A DNA stretch of 64,000 bases from Octopus vulgaris (taxonomy: Eukaryota): NCBI GenBank assembly GCA_951406725.2, contig OX597814.1:82150001-82214000 (forward strand), read 5' to 3'. Positions within the stretch are counted from its first letter, which is position 1. Each line of letters starts with the position of its first letter. A program made the translations under genes and the position numbers. Under the pieces are notes generated by a model. That model was given only the letters and a program-made list of their open reading frames with translations, made no database searches and was not told the DNA's origin. Shown here piece after piece: positions 40,715 through 54,776 of the stretch.

Positions 40715-41386
40715 TGATGCAATGGTGGGTTTAGGTAGTGTTTAGGTGGCTCTCCTGCATTTTATTATTGCCCCGTTCTCCTGCTGTTGTCAAAAGAGTA
40801 TCTATTTCTCATCACAAGTAATGATTTGATACAAAAATGGTTTTCATCCAGTCGAGAAAGCAATAGGGAGTACACTTCGAGGAGTCTAATTTTTTTAATC
40901 TCATTCAGTTGATGTGGGACAAACCTATTTATTTTCTTGACTTTTCCAATTCTTTACAGGTGTCCGAAAACATTTGTGCGAGATATTTGGAGTTCTGATA
41001 AAAGTTTTCGAACCTTTGTTCTCGGACATTTTTCAACCAAAGCATTTCATCCTTCATGCCGAATAACTGATTTTGGCCTACCCCTTGGTTTATTTTCAAG
41101 ATTATCATCTCCTGAACGAGAGCTTTGGATTCATCTCTGAACAGTTCTGATGATATTCCTTAGAGATTCTGCGGCAGAGTAACCCAGTTTGTCCTCATAC
41201 GAGAAAGTCACTCAACATAGTTTGGTTGTTACGATTTTCATAAGGTCAATGGGTACGAATTTTGTATAGCCATTGTGTTGGGAAAGAAAACGAGTCAAGC
41301 GTAAATGCAAGGTATACATAATTGAGTTTTAAATTACTGAAATAAGAAGTAATTAAAAATGCGACATTTCATGTAAAACAACCGAA
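40715..41386 (-). mobile_element. Second mariner element 5' half (degenerate)
   Basis: Minus strand ta|TTCGGTTGTTTTACATGAAATG TIR; RFVPHQLNE and IITCDEK*ILFDN motifs. Confidence 0.8.
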
Positions 41387-41433
41387 TACATATACATACA
41401 TACATACATACATACATACATACATACATACAT

Positions 41434-41495
<62 letters not shown>

Positions 41496-41544
41496 GTATG
41501 TATATATATATGTATGTATGTATATATATATATATGTATGTATG

Positions 41545-41590
<46 letters not shown>

Positions 41591-41592
41591 CG

Positions 41593-43372
41593 GCCGTTAT
41601 ATTGACGACTGTATCGGTGCGACTTCACTCCCCCACGAACATCAAGACTCCTTTCTCTCTTTTGTCAAATCTTTCCATCCTGCCCTCCACTTCTCCTGCA
41701 CTATCTCTGACACCTCTGTCTCCTTTCTTGACATTTCGGTCAGCATTCATCACTCCACTCTCACCACCTCCATCCACTACAAACACACAGACTCACACTC
41801 ATACCTCAACTTCTCCTCCTCCCACCCTAAACACACCAAGCTTTCCATCCCCTATTTCCAATTCCTCCGTCTACGCAGGATCTACAGTGACAACCATGAC
41901 TTTGAGACTCAGTCTCAACTCATAGCTCGCCACTTCATCCTACGTGGATATCCCCTCACCACTATCCCCACCGCACTTGCCAGAGCACGTTCCGTAGACC
42001 GTGCATCTGCTCTCCCCCCGAACACGCCCCGCCGTCTTCCGGCTCTCATTTCCCCAAACCTACCACCCCACCACCCTACCTCTCCAACACACCATTCTCC
42101 GAGCCTTCCGGCGACTCCAGTCCGACCCCTCCACTTCGCACATCTTCGTTAACCGACCCCTCCTCTCCTTCAAATGAGCCCACAACCTACAAAACCTCTT
42201 GGTTCACAGCTTCTTCTCTAACCCAACCTCCCAACTCGGTTCGTTCCCCTGCTCTCGCTCACGCTGCCGCACTTGCCCTTACCTCTCCAACACCACCCTC
42301 TTCACTGGCACCCTTCATCAACCCTATCACATCACCGACTCCTTCACTTTCACTTCTACCAATATCATCTACTGCATCTCCTGCTCTCTCTGCCCTTCTC
42401 TTGGCTGACCAGTTCGCGGAACACATCCGAGACATCCGACTCGGCTATGACACCCCGGTCTCGCGCCATTTCCGCTCTACCGGTCACCCTTTGCAACACC
42501 TGTCCATATTTGGATTGTCCTTGCACAGGGGACATCCGGACTCCCGTTTGCGCCGTGAACAGGGATTAATTTTCTCTCTTCGCTTCTTTGTCTAACCTCA
42601 TCCCCTCTTCATCTAACCTCATCCCCTGGCCTCTCTTCTCCTCACACCTACTTCCTTCCACCCACCTCTCCTCTCTTGCTCCGACTCCTACTTCTTCTCT
42701 TCACCCCTACTCTCCTTCTCTCTTCTATTCACTCCTACCCACCTTCTCCTTTCACCCTCTTCATCGTCACCCTTCCCTCGAAAGCCCACCCCACCCCCAG
42801 ACATTCCACCCTCACCTTCCCTATCCTTCCCCATCCCTTACGCCCACTCTCACATACCCCACCTCTACCCCCACTCTCAGCCTAACCCACACATCACCCT
42901 TGCTTTCCTCACTCTCGTCTCCCTCACCTCCCAACACATCACACCACACCACACACCACTACACCAACATACCACACAACACACCACCACGCACACACCA
43001 GCACTGACCACTTCCCAGACCCCCATTTTCACATCTACACATACACACACATCAAGATCATCAGCTCTCATCCACACGCACATAGAAACTCTCTTATATA
43101 TACGCACGCGCATCTTCCTTATGGGATCACCACTACTTTATTATCTCTCCTTCCCCCAAGCTATCCTGTGTGACCTTTCTGTCTGGCATTCACCATGATA
43201 GATCGCTAGCCACTACACATTTTTTATTTTCTCTCCTTGCTTCTTTCTGTGTTCCTTTCTGAGGAAGAGCGTAGGCTCGAAACGTTAAAGATTTTTCATT
43301 TCCCGAGCCTTATACTAATACATCTGTTTGTTGTCTACACCACCTGTCTTCGTCTTTTGTGTTTTGTGAATA
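41593..43372 (+). mobile_element. 5'-truncated Neptune-type Penelope-like element (RT, Cys linker, GIY-YIG, 3' pLTR)
   Basis: RYIDDCI..VSFLDISV..YKHTDSHSYLNFSSSHP..SIPYFQFLRLRRIYS..RGYP; PCSRSRCRTCPY; NIIYCISCSLC; FAEHIRDIR..PVSRHF..RREQGLI; begins in (TA)n, ends in (TACA)n. Confidence 0.92.
43255..43290 (+). ncRNA. Minimal type I hammerhead ribozyme motif in the PLE pLTR
   Basis: CTTT-CTGAGGA-A-GAGC(GTAG)GCTC-GAAACGTTA-AAG: CUGANGA box, stem II, GAAA, palindromic AACGTT helix III. Confidence 0.75.
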
Positions 43373-43496
43373 CATACATACATACATACATTGAATTGAA
43401 TGGAACTAGTTTCAGCTCACGAGCTGTGGACACCTTGGGGCACTGCCATTTGGTATTGCTACATAACATTTACTTCACTAAATGTTTTTAGAACTT

Positions 43497-43546
<50 letters not shown>

Positions 43547-43733
43547 ACACACACACACACACACACAAGTACATATATTGCAGCACGAAGTTTTGTCCGT
43601 GAACAGGTCTCGGTTCCAAAGCGACGAAAATATTGTGACAGAAATCAAATTTAAATATTTAAGTGAATCCAGGGGCTTTGTGTGTGTGTGTGTGTGTGTT
43701 TAAATGGCTGATAAACACCTTCCACACTCAATT

Positions 43734-43838
<105 letters not shown>

Positions 43839-43880
43839 CATATATAATACATATATACTTACATACATATATATACATGC

Positions 43881-43934
<54 letters not shown>

Positions 43935-44084
43935 AATAAATTTAGGGTAGCAAAAAATTCAATAGAAATTATTTTGCCACCGGCGGTCTAGTGAGAAAGA
44001 GGAAATAGTCAGAGACTATTAATAAATTCAACAACAATTGAGGAACGGCTACAATAGGCCGTTCGACCCACTATTGTAGCCGTT

Positions 44085-44273
44085 CCTCTATATATATATA
44101 TGTATATATAGATACATTTGTATATATAAATACATACATATATATATATACATACATCTATATACGTACAGGCATCAATATACATACACACATACATATA
44201 TATATATATATATGCTTACATACATACATACATATATATATGTATAGATATGTATATATGTACATATATATAC

Positions 44274-44317
<44 letters not shown>

Positions 44318-44399
44318 ACATATATATACATATATATATATACATCAATATGCATACATACATCTATATATATATATATATATACATTCATATATATGC

Positions 44400-44450
<51 letters not shown>

Positions 44451-44581
44451 TAAATATATATATATATGCATAAATATATATATATATACACACATATATA
44501 CATAAATACATATACAAATATATATAGATACCTACATGTATATACATACATATATCTACATACATATATATATATATAATA

Positions 44582-44624
<43 letters not shown>

Positions 44625-44762
44625 TATGCTTATTATATATTGATTATTCATTTCTATACTTTTTGTGATCTAGTTATTTGTTTTATAAATATGTATTTTT
44701 TTATGTATGATTTGGTTTACGTCTATCATTGTTTGAATTGCATAATAGTGTTTTTCTCTCAA

Positions 44763-44843
<81 letters not shown>

Positions 44844-45009
44844 TGTATGTATGTATGTATGTATATACATACATACATACATACATACATACATACATAC
44901 ATACATACATACATACATACATACATACATACATACATACATACATACATACATACATACATACATACATACATACATACATACATACATACATACATAC
45001 ATACATACA

Positions 45010-45041
<32 letters not shown>

Positions 45042-45420
45042 CCGTCCTGAATCAAAAGTTTTTCGGACTTTTGCAGGTGATTTTTGGCAACTTGTATCTC
45101 CATTTTACATCATTAATTTGATACAATATGCTGTCCAGTTGTTGCTCTCATGTTTATTCTCGAACGCATGTATGTATGTATGTATGTATGTATGTATGTA
45201 TGTATGTATGTATGTATGTATGTATGTATGCATGTATGTATGTATGAATGTATGTATGTATCTATGTATGTATGTATGTATGTATGTATGTATGCATGTA
45301 TGAATCTATGTATGTAATATCCCTATATTATATATTATTTTATACATACATGCATAATATACATACATACATTTGTTTGTGTACATACATGCATGCATAT
45401 ATAAATTCAGACAGACAACC
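44085..45420. repeat. Large compound microsatellite block (TA/CA/TACA/TATG)
   Basis: Directly visible; source of many spurious ORFs. Confidence 0.95.
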
Positions 45421-45506
45421 TGACAAACAGACAGACAGACTTTCGCTTGTGCGTACTTGTGCGCGTGTGTGATCGTTAGAGTATTGTGCTCGCGAATATA
45501 AAGATA

Positions 45507-46352
45507 CTAGCAGAATTGCCCGGCGTTGCTCGGGGCTGAATTGCTTGAAAGTATTGTTAATGATTGCACTGAATTGTGATGATTATTCAGGCAAATATTG
45601 ATATAAGTTTACGGTGGGAGATAAGGACTTAACGATCAAACGTGTGCCATTGCATTGTTTTGGGGGAACCAAATTTCTGATGAGCATTATAGGGGCACCA
45701 ACTTTAAGTTTGAGAAAGTGTGGTGGTAGTCCGGGGTGCTCAAAGGAATTGAGTACCTCTATTGGATAGTTGATGACGTCCTCTGGGTCAGGAGTTGTAT
45801 CGATAGACTGATATACATAGACTTCCCCAGGAATGAGTTTTAGCATTTCATCATTAATATGGTGAACAGTTTTATTCCTCGGGGCCAGTATAGCCTTTTT
45901 ACCAATCCAATCCATATTCTGATAATTAGCTTGTAGATCTGGGAACACTGCATCTCTGTGATCAGAAGGCGTCTTAACAATGGTACAAATGGAATCGATA
46001 GCAATATTACCATTTTCATCCCCTGGTATTTTGCCTTCGCCAAGTGCAAGGAGGGTGTGAGGAAATGCTGCTGATGTGATATTACGTCGCATATGAGCAC
46101 GCATATTGGTGTGAAGTTTGAGAGTTACTTCCCTTTATTTAAAAACATATGCATTAAAATGGAAAAAAAATGATGGTAAATTATTTGTAAAATCGTAGAC
46201 TCATCGTAGACGCGCGCTAATACCCAGAAGGGCTCGATATGAATCACGACTATAAGATACCCGGTTTTGGTTAAACTGCATCGCAAAATGTGGGAGTAGT
46301 TAGGAATCTAAATCGGAGTAGACAGACACACAACCTTTCTTTTATATATAAA
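45507..46352 (-). mobile_element. Non-autonomous Helitron carrying a PIF1 helicase segment
   Basis: 3' end CCCGAGCAACGCCGGGCAATTCTGCTAG|t; ORF 45583-46104 NMRAH..LLALGEG..KAILAPRN..IN..YPIEVLNS..GLPPHFLKLKVGAPIMLIRNL..CNGTRLIV. Confidence 0.92.
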
Positions 46353-47031
46353 TATTTTCGTCCTAAAAAACTTTGTATGGATTGAATGGTTACCTCTATG
46401 GAAATATATACAGGCACATTATACATACATGTGTGTATAGATGAATATATAAATACATTTAACTATCTATATACACTTTTGGGCGATCTTTCTGTTTCTT
46501 AGAGATAACTTTAGATCTTATTTTCGTCCTAAAAAACTTTGTATGGAGTGAATGGCTACCTCTATGGAAATATATACACACACGTTATACATACATGTGT
46601 GCATAGATGAATATATAAATACATTTATATATCTATATACACTTTTGGGCGATCTTTGTGCTACTTAGAGATAACTTTAGATCTTATTTTCGTCCTAAAA
46701 AACTTTGTACGGAGTGAATGGTTACGTCTATGGAAATATATACACACACATTATACATACATCTGTGTATAGATGAATATATAAATACATTTAAATATCT
46801 ATATACACTTTTGGGCGATCTTTCTGCTACTTGTATATACTTTAGATCTTATATTCGTCCTAAAAAACTTTGTATAGAGTGAAAGGTTACCTCTATGGAA
46901 ATATATACACACACATTATACATACATCTGTGTATAGATGAATATATAAATACATTTAAACATCTATATACACTTTTGGGCGATCTTTCTGCTACTTGGA
47001 TATAGGTCTTATATTCGTCCTAAAAAACTTT
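46353..47031. repeat. ~166-bp tandem repeat, 4 copies plus the start of a fifth
   Basis: TCCTAAAAAACTTT at 46361, 46527, 46693, 46858 and 47018. Confidence 0.95.
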
Positions 47032-47075
47032 CCTGTCACACTCACGCACACGCACACACACACACACACACGCAC

Positions 47076-47121
<46 letters not shown>

Positions 47122-48056
47122 ACACGCACACACACACGTTAGCTTACAATTTTATTTATATATTTGCGTGTCTATGTGTGTAAAGAGGAAGTGGGAATGT
47201 AGAGTGAAAGAGTCACTCACTACAAAAAGTGAATTACTTTCACTTTATTCGTTGCACACTGTGTGTGTGCGTTTGCGTGTGCTGTAGCCCACACTAAGAG
47301 AAGCATTTGACTTATACACCACAATGTGAGTTTTCTCTAAATTTTGCTTAATTGGGGTTGAAATTTTAAAAAGTGGACCTGGCAAGACCCGATGCATTCT
47401 ACTCTTAAAAATGCTAGGTAAATTGTAATTGAAGAAATCCTATATTGTAGATTTCTATAAGAGACAAAGGGAGGCAGATAAAATCTGCCTTTTATAATAA
47501 GAGATGCATTCGATTCCTGAACCAGGTACTGTGGTTTTGCTTTGAGCATGATACATCATTTCACGCTGTTCCATCTACTCAACCCAAGCGTTGGTGCAGC
47601 CGTCACTCGCACCAGCAGTTACACCGTGGATGTTCCTCTAGTTTAAGTGAAGGAGTGCTGAAAAGAGGCAACTAAAACCATTATCGAAAGCATGGTACAT
47701 GTTACCAAACCCGCTGTCACGTGATGACTATGGTTTCGTTTGGGTTTTGTTTTTTAGTTTTTGTTTTTGTTTGTATACAACGTATGTTACAATACAAAAC
47801 AGGGAAGCATTTGTCAAACACACGAACATTTGTCAAACACATGAACATATTCACACACACGCATGCACGCACACACATACACACACATCACTTCACATCA
47901 CATCACAGGGGCGCATGCAAGCCACAGGCTACACACACAAGCAAACTACATAAACTACTCTCTCACACACACATGCACACATATACACACATCCACATTC
48001 ATACAAGTTGCATTGACTACACACTCACACATACATGCACATACACACACACACAT

Positions 48057-48098
<42 letters not shown>

Positions 48099-48624
48099 CT
48101 CAGAGTACACTCTTACGTATGTGCGTGTACACACATACACACATACACACACACACGTGTACACGTGCGCGTGCGTCCACACAGATGAGCTAAAGTCAAT
48201 AAAACGTACCTGTAAAAGTTTATGTTTCGCTGTATTGAATGAATAATTACATTGTTAAACCTAGTTACGACAACCGACCAAATATCAGCGACAAGGAAGA
48301 GTGGCGGTGCGAAAAAGACCCAGCAACAGCAGGAACCGCTTACAGTGGTGATGGTGATGGTGGTGGTGGTGGTGGTCGTCGTCGTCGTTGTGGGGTGGTG
48401 TCGGTGACGGTGGAGTACAGATGAGGGAAGGAAGTGTATTCATTTAGTTAATAGTGATCTCTTGTTGATAGGAGCTAGTGTAATATTGTTGTCATTGTTA
48501 AGCGTCTTAATGTCGTTATTGCTGTTGCGATTGTGGTTGTTACTGCAGTTGATTTTTTTGTTGTGGTTGTCGTCATTGTTGTTGTTGTTATTGTCGTGGT
48601 TGTTATTATTACTGGTAGAATCAA

Positions 48625-49114
48625 TGTGCTAAGCTGGTAGAATCGTTAGCACGCCGGGCAAGAGAGTTCAAATTCCGCCGAGGTCGACTTTGCCTTCCAT
48701 ACGTTCGAGGTTGATAAAATAGGTACCAATGAAATACTGGGATCGATGCAATTCACTAGCCACCTCCATCCCCAAATTTCAAGCCTTGTGCCTACAATAG
48801 AAAGGAGTATTTCTTGTAGAATCAAGTAGCAAGCTGGCAAAATCATTAGCACGCCGGACAAAATGCTTAGAAACATTTCGTCCGGCTTTACGTTCTGAGT
48901 TGAAATTCCGCCATGGTTAAATTTGCCTTTCATCCAGTTAAGCACAGGGGTCGATTTAATCGATTTGCCCCTCCCCGAAATTGCTGCCTTGTGCCAGAAT
49001 TTGTAACCATTATTACTAGCAGAAACGTTAGCGAACCGGGCAAAATGCTTAACTGAATTTCTTCCACCTCTTTACGTTATGCGTTCAAATTCCACCGAGG
49101 TCAGCTTTGTCTTC

Positions 49115-49153
<39 letters not shown>

Positions 49154-49245
49154 TCAAGGCCGTTTAAAGAAGTACCAGTTAAGGTCGATGTAATCGACTT
49201 ACCTCCACCATCAAATTGCTGACTTAGTGTCAAAATTTGAAACCA
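48625..49245 (+). mobile_element. Three tandem SINE family A copies
   Basis: Repeated GAATCGTTAGC..TTCAAATTCC..GTCGA..AATTTG. Confidence 0.8.
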
Positions 49246-49470
49246 TTTCTGCTGCATACTGCTACTTAGTCCCTGGGCAACGGTGATTCATTAGATCTAT
49301 CACCTAAGACAATCCTGCCATGACTATCCCATCTTTTGGAGGTAACCAAAACTATCTAATGTTCCCTTTCTTTCGATTTTTTCAAGATGGCAGGATATGA
49401 TTTCAGAGAGATTTGGATGCTATTTCTAGCATGTTTTAGGACCACGAAGAGATTTCCTCCTAACCTCGGT

Positions 49471-49531
<61 letters not shown>

Positions 49532-50293
49532 GGTAGGTGGTGGTGGTGGTGGTAGGTGGTGGTGGTGATGGTGGTCGTCGTCGTCGTCGTCGTGACGGCG
49601 GTGGTGGTGGTGGTCGTCGTCGTCGTGACGGCGGTGGCGGTGACGACGAGGACGATGATGACAACGATGTCAATGATGATGAGGAGAAGGAACTTGATGA
49701 TGATGACGACTACGATGATAATGATGACGACGTCGATGATGATGATGATGAGAAGAAGAAGGAGGTGGAGGACAATGATGATTTATCGACCACTGAAAAA
49801 ATATATAAAAGCAAAGTCGTCTTCGGATGGATTTGAACTCAAAAAGTGTATGTTCTTCTATCTCTGTGTCCAGATCCAGCAGAGATCGGCTTTGCCCTTC
49901 AATCCTTCCGAGATAGAAGAAACAAAATACTACTCAAAGAATGCAGGTGACGATATGTCTGTCGCACATAGGTACACCATGATCTATACACTCGCAAACG
50001 AGGGTAGATTCATATGAAAAAGTAAGTGAATAAAATGAAATACTTATAGAAAATATTTGCATAGAATTTGAGTAATGTTTTGAACGTCTTTCAACGATGG
50101 CATGTGAATCAAAGGTACTGTAGTTCATTGTGGATATAGATAATATGACGAATTGCTCATCGGGAAATTTGTAAGTTCGATTATTTATTTATTTTTTTTA
50201 AGTATCACCATTATAGGTATTTATACTCCGGTGAAATAAAGAAATCAACTCGTAGATAAACGAAACCCTCAAATCCATCACTGTACACACGCG

Positions 50294-50341
<48 letters not shown>

Positions 50342-50369
50342 CGCATATCTATGTATGTATTTATGTATG

Positions 50370-50542
50370 TTTGGAGATAATCAAACCAAATTTTCATAAC
50401 TTCGAGCCACTCACTCAATGAGTATTTCTGCCAAATTTGGTGAAAATCCGTTCAGCCGTTTACCAGTAATTTTGAAAACACACAAACAAATAAAGACGAG
50501 TGATTATAATGCCCTGCTTTCGCTTACACACACAAGGTAACT
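50370..50542 (+). mobile_element. HINE/DINE-1-like element 3' part
   Basis: CCAAATTTGGTGAAAATCCGTTCAGCCGTT..ACACACAAACAAA..TATAATGCCCTGC..GGTAA architecture. Confidence 0.4.
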
Positions 50543-50689
50543 ATGGAATAAAATATTGTACATGTATGTTATTACGCTATTTATTACGAGAGACCCCGCT
50601 CGTGATCAGTCGTGGGACCCTGGAGTCTCTTGAGATACGCTGCATTTGTTATTCAAATAGAATGCCTTGTGGTATTTGTTTCGGCTCTT

Positions 50690-50995
50690 TGCATTCTGCG
50701 TTCAGAAATAGAGCAGAAAGAGTGGGACATGCAGTAAATGACACTCCAAGAAGTACAGGTAGAGGAGTCGGTGATGTGTTAGGGACGATGATAGGTGCCT
50801 GTGAGGATGATGGTGTTGAAGAGGTAGGGGCAAGTACGGCAGCGTAGGAGGGAGCACGGGAACGAGCCAGGCTATCGGTGGGGTTAGGGAAGAAACTGTG
50901 GACCAAGAGGTCACGCAAGTTATGGGTTCGTTTGAAGGAGGGAATGGGTTGGTTAGGGGAGATGTGCGAGATGGAGGAGTCAGACTGGAGTCGCC
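50690..50995 (-). mobile_element. Second fragment of the same Neptune-type PLE family
   Basis: [22 protein letters not shown]; nucleotide similarity to 42110-42380. Confidence 0.8.
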
Positions 50996-51121
50996 ATACA
51001 TACATACATACATACATGCATACATGCATACATATATATATACATACATATAAAAACATACATACACATATATATACATACATATATATGTGTATATATA
51101 TATATACATATATATACATAC

Positions 51122-51196
<75 letters not shown>

Positions 51197-51237
51197 TATA
51201 TACATATATATATATGCATGCATACATACATATATAT

Positions 51238-51276
<39 letters not shown>

Positions 51277-51313
51277 ATATATATATATATATATATATAC
51301 TTACATACATACA

Positions 51314-52330
51314 TCTATATATATATAAACGCAAATTGTCTGTTTGGATCTGTTGTGTCAAGTTGCCGTCTACACCCGTTAACGAATTTTCGCGAAACTT
51401 TGCAAACATGTTAAAGTGACATCCATTTTGTTACTAGGCTCATTGAAATTTATGTAAAATCTATAATTGGATGGCTAAGGCCTCCTCTAGGGGCCTTAGC
51501 CATCTAATACATAACCAATATATTTTCCTTTAATAGTCGAGGGAAATAACCCATTCGTTTTCCTTTGATCACCCTAAACACTACCAAGCTCAAAGTTAAT
51601 GGTCAAGGGATAGAAATTGACAACAGAAAGGATCGTGCCCTATAAGCCATTGCTGTCTAAAACATTGCAAGCTTATGTTAATGTTGAGTCATGCAACTCT
51701 ATAAAAAGTATTAAATATGTATGTAAATACATCAATAAGGGCTCAGGGACTTGAACAAGAAGGCAGGCAATATAAGTTGGGCAGGTATATTTCCTCTAAC
51801 GAGGGCTTCGAAATCCACGAGGGGCATCCAACAGTGGTGAAACTATCTGTACATCTTGAAAATGGCCAGCGTGTACATTTCCCAGAAGACAATGCTTGAA
51901 ACGTGATTCTGAATCCAGCAGAAACCACTTCGACAGCTTTCTTCAAATTATGTCAATGTGATCTGTGTGCCCGAACACTGTTGTATGTTGAGGTTCCCGT
52001 GTACTATACCTGGTCACACAATAGATGGAATAGACGCAAACAAGGAGCTCACGTTGAGGGCTGGGAAGAAGGTGCTGTCTTCAAAAGTGGGGCCAAGGGG
52101 CGGGTGTACACTGTGCAACCTAATCAGCAGGAGTGCTTCTTTTTGCGTTTACTGCTGCATACTATCATACCTTCGAAGACACAATAGGGAAGTCTGCACA
52201 ACATACAGAAAAGCCTGCGCCAAATATGGACTACTGGATCACGATGCTCACTGGAACCAGATACTGGAGGAAGTAGCAGTCAGCAGAACGCCAAGTCAAC
52301 TGCGCCACCCATTTTCTATCATGTTGATGA
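51314..52330 (+). mobile_element. Helitron 5' end plus degenerate Rep (HUH) domain C-terminal region
   Basis: a|TCTATATATATATAAAC 5' end; IDNR..VNVESCNSIKSIKYVCKYINKG (catalytic YxxxY motif); GRYISSNE..VHLENGQRV; TTSTAFFKLC..LLYVEVPVYYTW; GRVYTV..ECFFLRLLL; TYRKAC..GLLDHDAHW. Confidence 0.9.
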
Positions 52331-52976
52331 GTCGGCAATCCAAATCATTAGTTTGTTTATGCCCCACAAGAAAAGACCAAAAATGTTGTTTATCAAGAAG
52401 CTCTGCAAACTTAACAAGATTCACCAAATCATCAGGTATTTATTATTTAACTATATTTGTAAGTGTTGTAAATGTATTGATAATCTATATGTTATTTTAT
52501 TTTAAAATCTATTTGTATGTCTCCTGTAAAACTGTCAGTCTGTTTCTACATTCATTGTAAATCTATTTCAACACTAGCGCCCCTAAGGGTTATATTCTTT
52601 GGGAATGCACAAAAGCCCTTTTCAGAGTTATTTACTTTGAATTATTGCTATCTCATATCCGATTAGAATGTTAATACGTAACATGCTTCACAATTTTGGT
52701 ATATATACCTTATTGGCATTTCCTCCTAGTTCTATATAATCTGGGGACGCATTAAAGCCCTTTTCGAGGGCTTCTTCCAATTTCCGTCTACCAAATCCAC
52801 TCACAAGGCTTTGGTCTGCCCGAGGCTATAGTAGAAAAAAAACCTGCCCAAGGTGCTACGCTGTGGGACTGAACCCGGAAACATGTGGTTGAAAAGCAAG
52901 CTTCTTACCATACAGCCATCTCTGCGCCTACATGTTTATTATCTTTTCTTTCCTTCTCGTTATACGAGTTCATTCT

Positions 52977-53820
52977 AAGGCGGTGAACAACAGATTCGTC
53001 AATGTACCGGACAAAATGTTTTACGGCATTTTTTCCCGTTCTTCACGTCATATGCTGTACGCTGAGCAAAATGCCTAACGGCTTTCCATCCGTCTTTACC
53101 GTCTGAGTTCAAATTCCTTTCATGGTCAACAAAATAATTACCAGTTGAGTACTGAGGTCGATGTAATCGACTAATTCCGTTTCCTTAAAATTGCAAGCCT
53201 TATGCCAAAATTTAAACTACTTACTTTATGAACTGGATTTGTTTTACTTTTTTGCGAGAGCTGTTATATTATTTTCGAGTTTTACGGTCGTAAAAAAGTG
53301 GAAATCTACGAAACTAAATATTCTTTTCTACTCTAGGCACAAGGCCCGAAATTTTGGGGAAGGAGTCCAGTCGCAACTGGTACTTAATTTATACACCCCG
53401 AATGGATGAAAGGCAAAGTCGACCTCGGCAGAATTTGAACTGAGAACGTAAAGACAGACGAAATACTGCTAAGCATTTCGCCTGGCGTGCTAACGTTTCT
53501 GCCAGCTCGCCGCCTTATATACTGATATTATATTAATTTCAGAATATATGATTCGTCAAATTCCGCCGAGGTCGACTTTGCCTTTCATCCTTTCGGGTCG
53601 ATAAGTTAAGTACCAGTGAAATACTGGGATCGATCTAATCGACTGCACCGTACTCAAAAATTTCGGGCCTTATGCTTAGGGTAGAAAAGAATATATTATT
53701 GGTGCTCTATTTTATCTTGTACGCAAAGATGAACGGCAAAGTTGATCTCGGCGAGATTTGAACTTAGAACGCAAAACGACGCACCAAAATACGGCAAGGT
53801 ATTCTGTCAAAATCTATCAA
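52977..53820. mobile_element. Cluster of SINE family A copies in alternating orientation
   Basis: + 52977-53220, - 53320-53516, + 53555-53690, - 53700-53820. Confidence 0.8.
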
Positions 53821-53883
53821 TTCTACTCATCCATCGATCTTATATTAAGCATAATAATAAGCATAAGAATAAGTAGTAGTAGC

Positions 53884-53931
<48 letters not shown>

Positions 53932-54543
53932 CAGTGATAAGTCAGGAGACATTGAGTACGGTGAAAAGACGAATGCAGTTGCGATGTTATCATCGGCGGC
54001 AGGTGGCAGGTGAACTGACATGTGCAACGGGCGTCATTTTTAAAAAGACAATACTGAGAAATTAACCAGAAACCGTCTATGATTGAATATAAGTATATAT
54101 ATATATAAACACAAACACACACAAGCATATTATTATATATATTCATATATGTCTTAATTTATACGCGCGCGCGCGCGCGCGTGTGAGTGTGTGTGTGTGT
54201 GAAGTCGTTCCCATGACATTTCGGTTACTGGGGCATCTGCATTGTTTTCTTCAATTTTTTTCCACCCAAGTCTGGTTTTCAGCTTTACTTTATTAACCCC
54301 GGTCCCGGTTGATCTTGCATAGAATTAAATATTGGTGTCACTTCCAATCATGTTTCCTTTAGTTTTTTTTAGGGCTTGTTAATCTTGGTGGGGTCCATCA
54401 TCACTCCTAGATCATGAGGGTACCATTGACTCTCAAACTGTATTTTTATCGAAAATATTACGTCCTGTGGTGATTGCAAAGAAAAAGGCTTCTACTATGT
54501 TACTATGTGTGTATATGTGTGTGTGTAAGTATGTCTATTAGTG

Positions 54544-54611
<68 letters not shown>

Positions 54612-54726
54612 ATACATACATACATACATATACTGCGAAACGCGGAGTAGATAAAACAGGGGACAACTTATGAAGGGAATGTTCTTTATGTACAAATATA
54701 TGTATGTATATATGCATATATTTATA

Positions 54727-54776
<50 letters not shown>

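Noticed and set aside
46353-47031. Regularly spaced repeats as a CRISPR array
   Set aside because: Whole units are repeated with no unique spacers; eukaryotic context
49537-49836. G/R/D-rich ORF
   Set aside because: Compound trinucleotide repeat running into a SINE fragment
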